The notes beneath the pieces were generated by a model that ran no database searches, had not been told where the DNA came from, and was given only the letters and a program-made list of their open reading frames with translations. This document shows, piece by piece, positions 26,922-32,000 of a stretch of DNA of 32,000 nt. The DNA is from Variovorax ginsengisoli (GTDB lineage Bacteria; Pseudomonadota; Gammaproteobacteria; Burkholderiales; Burkholderiaceae_C). The DNA lies in NCBI RefSeq assembly GCF_030486595.1, contig NZ_JAUJZH010000050.1, positions 1 to 32,000 on the forward strand, given 5' to 3'. The translations under genes and the position numbers were made by a program. Within the stretch, counting starts at the first letter, position 1. Every line of letters begins with the position of its first letter.

Positions 26922-28088
26922 ATGAAGATCGTCGAAATCCGCGAGAAGACCTTCCCCATCAGCTCGCCCATCCGCAACGCCTACATCGACTTTAGCAAGA
27001 TGACTCTGAGCCTGGTCGCCGTGATCACGGACGTGATTCGCGACGGCAAGCCGGTGGTCGGCTATGGTTTCAATTCGAACGGCCGCTATGGGCAGGGCAA
27101 GCTGATGCGCGAGCGCTTCATCCCCCGCATCCTCGAAGCGGAACCGGCCTCGCTGGTGGACGCCACCGGCGACAACCTCGACCCGCACAAGATCTGGAAC
27201 ACGATGTTCACCAACGAGAAGCCGGGCGGCCACGGTGAGCGCTCGGTGGCGATCGGCACGATCGACATGGCGATCTGGGATGCGGTCGCAAAGATCGAGG
27301 GTAAACCCTTGTTTCAACTGCTGGCCGACCGCTATGGCGACGGCAAGCCGAACCGCAAGATCTTTGTCTATGCGGCCGGCGGCTACTACTACCCCGGGCA
27401 GGACCACAAGAAGCTGCAGGACGAGATGCGCAGCTACATCGACCGCGGCTACACGGTGGTCAAGAAGAAGATCGGTGGCGCCTCGCTCGACGAGGACCTG
27501 CGCCGGATCGACTCGATCATGGAAGTCCTGCAAGACGGCCAGAAGCTCTGCGTCGACGCCAACGGCCGCTTCGATCTGGAAACAGCGATCGCCTATGCCA
27601 AGGCCCTGTCGCAGTACGACCTGTTCTGGTACGAAGAGCCGGGTGACCCGCTGGACTTCGAATTGCAGGCCGCGCTGCGCAACTTCTACAAGAACCCGAT
27701 GGCCACGGGCGAGGATCTGTTCTCGATGCAGGACGCGCGCAACCTCATCCGCTACGGCGGCATGCGCCCGGACCGCGACTGGCTGCAGTTCGACTGCGCG
27801 CTCAGCTACGGCCTGGTCGAATACCTGCGCACGCTCGACATGCTCAAGGAGCATGGCTGGTCGGCCAGCCGCTGCATCCCGCACGGTGGCCACCAGATGT
27901 CGCTGAACATCGCGGCCGGCCTTGGATTGGGCGGCAACGAGTCGTACCCGGACCTGTTCCAGCCCTTCGGTGGCTTTCCCGATGGCGTGAAGGTCGAGAA
28001 CAGCTTCGTGACGCTGCCCGACCTGCCCGGCATCGGTTTCGAAGGCAAGGCGGACCTGTATCGCGAGATGCAGGCGCTCTCAGCCTGA
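26922..28088 (+). CDS. enolase-superfamily (mandelate racemase subgroup) dehydratase, D-tartrate dehydratase-like
   Basis: 388 aa. KxK motif (VVKKKIGG), metal ligands (DANGRF, WYEEPGDP, ATGED) and the His base (CIPHGGH). The overall sequence (PISSPIRNAYIDFSKMT, GYGFNSNGRYGQG, EKPGGHGERSVA) matches my memory of the Bradyrhizobium D-tartrate dehydratase TarD subgroup. This was not verified by search. Confidence 0.85.
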   Translation: MKIVEIREKTFPISSPIRNAYIDFSKMTLSLVAVITDVIRDGKPVVGYGFNSNGRYGQGKLMRERFIPRILEAEPASLVDATGDNLDPHKIWNTMFTNEKPGGHGERSVAIGTIDMAIWDAVAKIEGKPLFQLLADRYGDGKPNRKIFVYAAGGYYYPGQDHKKLQDEMRSYIDRGYTVVKKKIGGASLDEDLRRIDSIMEVLQDGQKLCVDANGRFDLETAIAYAKALSQYDLFWYEEPGDPLDFELQAALRNFYKNPMATGEDLFSMQDARNLIRYGGMRPDRDWLQFDCALSYGLVEYLRTLDMLKEHGWSASRCIPHGGHQMSLNIAAGLGLGGNESYPDLFQPFGGFPDGVKVENSFVTLPDLPGIGFEGKADLYREMQALSA

Positions 28089-28118
28089 CGCAGCATCGAA
28101 CCACAACGGAGACAAGAC

Positions 28119-29096
28119 ATGAACAAGCTCTGGCGCCACGTCGCCGGCGTGGCCCTGGCCGGGTCAGCCACGCTGGCCTGCGCGAACTTTCCTGACAAGC
28201 CCGTCACGATCGTCGTGCCCTTCGCGGCCGGCGGACCAACCGACAAGATTGCCCGTGATCTGGCCGAGGCGCTTCGCAAGCCGCTCGGGCAGACCGTGAT
28301 CATCGACAACACGATCGGCGCGGGGGGCACCATCGGGGCGGCCAAGGTGGCCAGGGCGGCGCCCGACGGCTATACGCTGCTGGTCAGCCACATCGGCATG
28401 GCGACCGCGCCCGCGCTGTACCGCAAGCTCAGCTACAAGGTGCCGGAGGACTTCGAGACCCTGGGTCTCATCAACGAAGCACCGTCGGTCCTGATCGGAA
28501 AACCGGGCCTGGCGGCGAACAACTTCGCAGAGCTGCGCCAGTGGATCGCGGCCAACGGCACCAAGGTGAACCTTGCCAACGCGGGGCTCGGTTCAGCCTC
28601 GCATCTGTGCGGATTGATGTTCCAGAGCGCGTTGAAGACCACCATGACGCCCGTGCCCTACAAGGGCACCGCGCCCGCGATGACCGACCTGATCGGCGGG
28701 CAAGTCGACCTCATGTGCGAGCAGGCGGTCAACGCCGTGCCGCAGATCGAAGGCAAGAAGGTCAAGGTCTACGGCATCACCAGTCTGCAGCGGCTGCCGC
28801 TGCCCGCGCTGAAGGATGCGCCGACGCTGTCCGAAGCCGGGTTGAAGGACTTCAACGTTCAGGTGTGGCATGGGCTGTACGCGCCGAAGGGCACGCCGCC
28901 TGCGGTGCTCGCGAAGCTCAACGCGGCATTGCGCACGGCCTTGAAGGATCCCGAACTGATCAAGCGTGAAGAAGCGCTTGGCCTCACGGTGGTCACCGAC
29001 GAGCGGCTCGACCCGGCCAGCCACCGGAAGTTCGTCGAGACTGAGAAGACGCGCTGGGCCAAAGTGATCAAGGACGCCGGCGAATACGCCGACTGA
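28119..29096 (+). CDS. Bug-family (TctC-like) tripartite tricarboxylate transporter substrate-binding protein
   Basis: 325 aa with a signal peptide, then FPDKPVTIVVPFAAGGPTD, the hallmark N-terminus of Bug/TctC proteins. No tctA or tctB is adjacent. Confidence 0.9.
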   Translation: MNKLWRHVAGVALAGSATLACANFPDKPVTIVVPFAAGGPTDKIARDLAEALRKPLGQTVIIDNTIGAGGTIGAAKVARAAPDGYTLLVSHIGMATAPALYRKLSYKVPEDFETLGLINEAPSVLIGKPGLAANNFAELRQWIAANGTKVNLANAGLGSASHLCGLMFQSALKTTMTPVPYKGTAPAMTDLIGGQVDLMCEQAVNAVPQIEGKKVKVYGITSLQRLPLPALKDAPTLSEAGLKDFNVQVWHGLYAPKGTPPAVLAKLNAALRTALKDPELIKREEALGLTVVTDERLDPASHRKFVETEKTRWAKVIKDAGEYAD

Positions 29097-29152
29097 CGTG
29101 AAGAAGGCAGCGGGCCGATAGAGCGCGAGCCTTCTCCCTCTGCGACAACAGC

Positions 29153-29173
29153 GTCGGGCCCGGTGGGCCCGAC
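29153..29173 (+). terminator. GC-rich hairpin after the Bug gene (possible terminator)
   Basis: GTCGGGCCC-GGT-GGGCCCGAC, a perfect 9-bp stem, 57 nt past the stop. A second, looser stem lies at 29102-29135. There is no U tract. Confidence 0.35.
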
Positions 29174-29312
29174 CACGGGCAGGCGTGCGCCCAAATTTCG
29201 CCACGCCATCCATGTGGCGGCCCTGCCCACATGTCCTTCGAGAACCCCGCCATCAAGCCAAACGTGTCCGACCGTGGCAGTCGGAAGCCATGACAGGCAA
29301 GGAGACAACACC

Positions 29313-30214
29313 ATGACCAGTTCGACGAGTTCCATGAAAGAGCCCTGGTATCGCCGGCTCTATATCCAGGTTCTGATCGGCATTCTGCTCGGCGTTGCAC
29401 TGGGGCATTTCTACCCCACAGTGGGCGCCGACATGAAGCCGCTTGGCGACGGCTTCATCAAGCTGATCAAGATGCTCCTGGCCCCAGTCATCTTCGCCAC
29501 CATCGTCGTGGGGATCGCTCGCATGGGCGACCTGAAGGAGGTTGGCAAGGTGGGCGCCAAGGCCCTTCTCTCGACCTGGGCCTGAACGGCATGTTCGGCA
29601 TCGTTCATCGTGGTCGTGCTCGGCACGGTTGCACGAATCTGCCGCATCTCCCTCTTCTCCTACCTGCGCTACATCCGGGAGGAACTGCTCATCACCTTCG
29701 GGACGGCATCCACGGAATCGGTGCTCCCCCAGATGATGAAGAAGCTCGAACGCGCCGGGTGCGAGAAGACGGTGGTCGGCATGGTGCTGCCGGCAGGCTA
29801 CACCTTCAACCCCGATGGCACGGCGATCTATTTGACCATCGGGGCGCTCCTCGAGGCGCAGGCCACCAACATCGACCTGAGCTGGTCACAGCAGCTGGTG
29901 ATCCTGGGTGTTCTCATGCTGACGTCGAAGGGATCGGCGGGTGTCGCCGGCGCGGGGTTCGTGACGCTGGCCGCCACGCTGGGCAGCATGCACACCATCC
30001 CGGTCACCGGACTGGTGCTCCTCCTGGGCGTCGATCGCTTCCTCAACGAGGCGCGGGCCATCACCAACCTGGTCGGGAACGAACGATTGCGGTCGCCAAA
30101 TGGGAGGGTGCCTTCTATGAGGTGATGTGGCGCGAGGTGACGGGCGACAAGACGCCGTTGCGCGGGAAGGCCCGGCTGCCCAAGCCCGAGCCCGTGGTCA
30201 TCGACGCTTCATGA
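29313..30214 (+). pseudogene. dctA: C4-dicarboxylate transporter DctA with a large internal deletion and a 3' frameshift
   Basis: AGGAGA then ATG at 29313. The first ~86 residues are canonical DctA ([18 protein letters not shown]...[46 protein letters not shown]). A stop occurs at 29583. Homology resumes near 29600 in another frame at roughly DctA residue 220 ([12 protein letters not shown]...[23 protein letters not shown]...[21 protein letters not shown]...[18 protein letters not shown]). The frame shifts again near 30078-30085 into [10 protein letters not shown]...*, with the stop at 30214. Confidence 0.85.
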
Positions 30215-30250
30215 ACATTCCCATTGCACATCTGACTTTCTCCTACTGTC

Positions 30251-32000
30251 ATGTCCTCACCTACAAACTCGGATTTCCGCCAGGCTGCGCTCGACTATCA
30301 CTCGCAGGCGCCCGCGGGCAAGCTTGCGATCGCCGCGACGAAGCCTCTCTTCAACCAAAGGGACCTCTCGCTCGCCTACTCGCCAGGCGTCGCCGCGCCA
30401 TGCGAGGAGATCGTGCGCGACCCGAGCACGGCCTTCAAGTACACCGCGCGAGGCAACCTGGTCGCGGTCATCTCGAACGGCACGGCCGTGCTCGGGCTTG
30501 GCGACATCGGCGCGTTGGCGTCGAAGCCGGTCATGGAGGGCAAGGCCGTCCTGTTCAAGAAGTTCGCCGGCGTCGACGTCTTCGACATCGAGATCGATGA
30601 GAAGGACCCCAAGAAGCTGGTGGATGTGATCGCAGCACTGGAGCCGACGTTCGGCGCCATCAATCTCGAAGACATCAAGGCACCCGACTGCTTCTACGTC
30701 GAGCGCGAGCTGCGCAAGCGCATGAAGATTCCGGTCTTCCACGACGACCAGCATGGCACCGCCATCACCGTGGCAGCGGCCATGCTGAATGCGCTCAAGG
30801 TGGCTGGCAAGAAGATCGAGGAGATCCGCCTCGTCACTTCGGGCGCCGGCGCGGCGGCGCTGGCCTGTCTGAACCTGCTGCTCAAAGTCGGCCTGAAACG
30901 GGAGAACGTCTTCGTGACCGACCTGGCCGGGGTGGTCTACGAAGGACGGGAAGAGCTGATGGACGACGACAAGCGTCAGTACGTGCAGAGAACCAAGCAT
31001 CGCAAGCTCGCCGAGGTGATCGAAGGCGCGGACGCATTTCTCGGCCTGTCGGCCGGCGGTGTGCTGAAGCCCGAGATGGTGGCGAAGATGGCGGCCAACC
31101 CCGTGGTCTTCGCCCTGGCAAACCCGAACCCGGAGATCTCGCCCGAGGATGCTCGATCGGTCAGGGATGACATCATCATGGCCACCGGGCGGGCGGACTA
31201 TCCGAACCAGGTCAACAACGTGCTTTGCTTCCCCTACATCTTTCGCGGCGCGCTGGATGCGGGAGCGACCACGATCACCGATGAAATGGAGATCGCGGTG
31301 GTGCGGGCGATTGCCGATCTGGCGCAGGCCGAGCAAAGCGAACGCGTGGCCGCCGCCTATGCGGGCGAGAAGCTGAGCTTCGGACAGGAATACCTGATCC
31401 CCAAGCCTTTCGATCCCCGCCTGATGGCGCGGATCGCACCCGCGGTGGCGCAAGCAGCCGCCGACAGTGGCGTGGCGTTGCGCCCGATCAGCGACATGGG
31501 CGCGTACCGAGCGAAGCTGGAAGGCTTCGTCTATGCCTCCGGGACCACGATGAAGCCGATCTTCGACGCGGCCAAGCGTGCACCCAAGAAGCGCGTGGCG
31601 TACTGCGAGGGAGAGGAAGAGCGCGTACTGCGTGCGGCGCAGGTCGTGGTCGATGAAGGGATCGCCCGACCGACACTGATCGGCCGCCCGGCCATCATCG
31701 CGCAGCGCATTGAGAAGTTCGGCCTGCGCCTGAAGGAGGAGCTCGACTACGACATCGTCAACGTCGAACAGGACTGTCGCTACCGGGAGTTCTGGCAGAG
31801 CTATCACCGCATGGGCGAGCGCCAGGGCGTGACCGTCCAGACCGCCAAGATCGAAATGCGTCGCCGCCTCACGCTGACCGGCGCCATGTTGCTTCACACC
31901 GGCGATGTCGACGGCATGATTTGTGGCACCTGGGGAACCACGCAGGTGCACCTGCCCTACATCGACCAGGTGATCGGCAAGCGCCCCGGCGGAGCGGACA
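30251..32000 (+). CDS. maeB: NADP-dependent malic enzyme (malic enzyme domain plus C-terminal phosphotransacetylase-like domain), 3'-partial at the window edge
   Basis: ATG at 30251, with the frame open to position 32000. It is missing from the ORF track because there is no stop. [50 protein letters not shown] and NPxPEI match malic enzyme. From about codon 430 the PTA-like domain begins ([32 protein letters not shown]). Confidence 0.9.
   Translation, partial: MSSPTNSDFRQAALDYHSQAPAGKLAIAATKPLFNQRDLSLAYSPGVAAPCEEIVRDPSTAFKYTARGNLVAVISNGTAVLGLGDIGALASKPVMEGKAVLFKKFAGVDVFDIEIDEKDPKKLVDVIAALEPTFGAINLEDIKAPDCFYVERELRKRMKIPVFHDDQHGTAITVAAAMLNALKVAGKKIEEIRLVTSGAGAAALACLNLLLKVGLKRENVFVTDLAGVVYEGREELMDDDKRQYVQRTKHRKLAEVIEGADAFLGLSAGGVLKPEMVAKMAANPVVFALANPNPEISPEDARSVRDDIIMATGRADYPNQVNNVLCFPYIFRGALDAGATTITDEMEIAVVRAIADLAQAEQSERVAAAYAGEKLSFGQEYLIPKPFDPRLMARIAPAVAQAAADSGVALRPISDMGAYRAKLEGFVYASGTTMKPIFDAAKRAPKKRVAYCEGEEERVLRAAQVVVDEGIARPTLIGRPAIIAQRIEKFGLRLKEELDYDIVNVEQDCRYREFWQSYHRMGERQGVTVQTAKIEMRRRLTLTGAMLLHTGDVDGMICGTWGTTQVHLPYIDQVIGKRPGGAD

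Noticed and set aside
29275-29289. Sigma54-like element TGGCAG-N-AAGC upstream of dctA
   Set aside because: The GG to GC spacing is one nucleotide short of the canonical GG-N10-GC, and the -12 element (AAGC) is poor. No DctB/DctD genes are nearby.
30257-31951. 564-aa minus-strand ORF, together with similar long ORFs: 22912..25149(-), 18501..20147(-), 20848..22230(-), 26796..27893(-), 17588..18772(-), 7145..8806(+), 5457..6824(+), 14446..15882(+), 11297..12529(+), 13270..14370(+), 9166..10401(-) and 9138..10640(+)
   Set aside because: Each lies antisense to, or out of frame with, a gene that has clear family motifs (maeB, P-type ATPase, ABC permease, adaptor, dehydratase, ABC ATPase, pgaA, pgaB, kinase, transketolase, dctM, porin). 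Their translations are Arg/Ala/Gly/Pro-rich with no recognisable motifs. This is the usual stop-codon-poor artefact of high-GC DNA.

Overview
High-GC (about two-thirds G+C by eye, not computed) proteobacterial chromosomal DNA. The Bug-family binding protein and general gene content suggest Burkholderiales; this is inference only. I see no rRNA, tRNA, CRISPR array, transposase, integrase or phage gene, and no recognisable defence or biosynthetic system. Intact genes, left to right: adenosine deaminase-family hydrolase (-), FAD monooxygenase (+), RibD_C/DHFR-family protein (+), a complete pgaABCD PNAG biofilm operon (-), a divergent DcaP-like porin (+), an OmpR-type two-component pair with a b-type cytochrome (-), a MacB-like ABC efflux set of ATPase, double-FtsX permease and HlyD adaptor (+), a universal stress protein, a P-type cation ATPase (+), a LysR regulator (-), and a D-tartrate-dehydratase-like enolase-superfamily enzyme, a Bug binding protein and maeB running off the right edge (+). 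The most unusual property is the density of decayed genes with no mobile element nearby. At least seven genes carry internal deletions, end truncations or frameshifts, usually with the native start and/or stop kept: AEC transporter, split transketolase, TRAP dctM, DUF1924-like and DHC-like cytochromes c, a CDF transporter and dctA. I found no convincing new multi-gene system. The many long ORFs antisense to real genes are high-GC artefacts.
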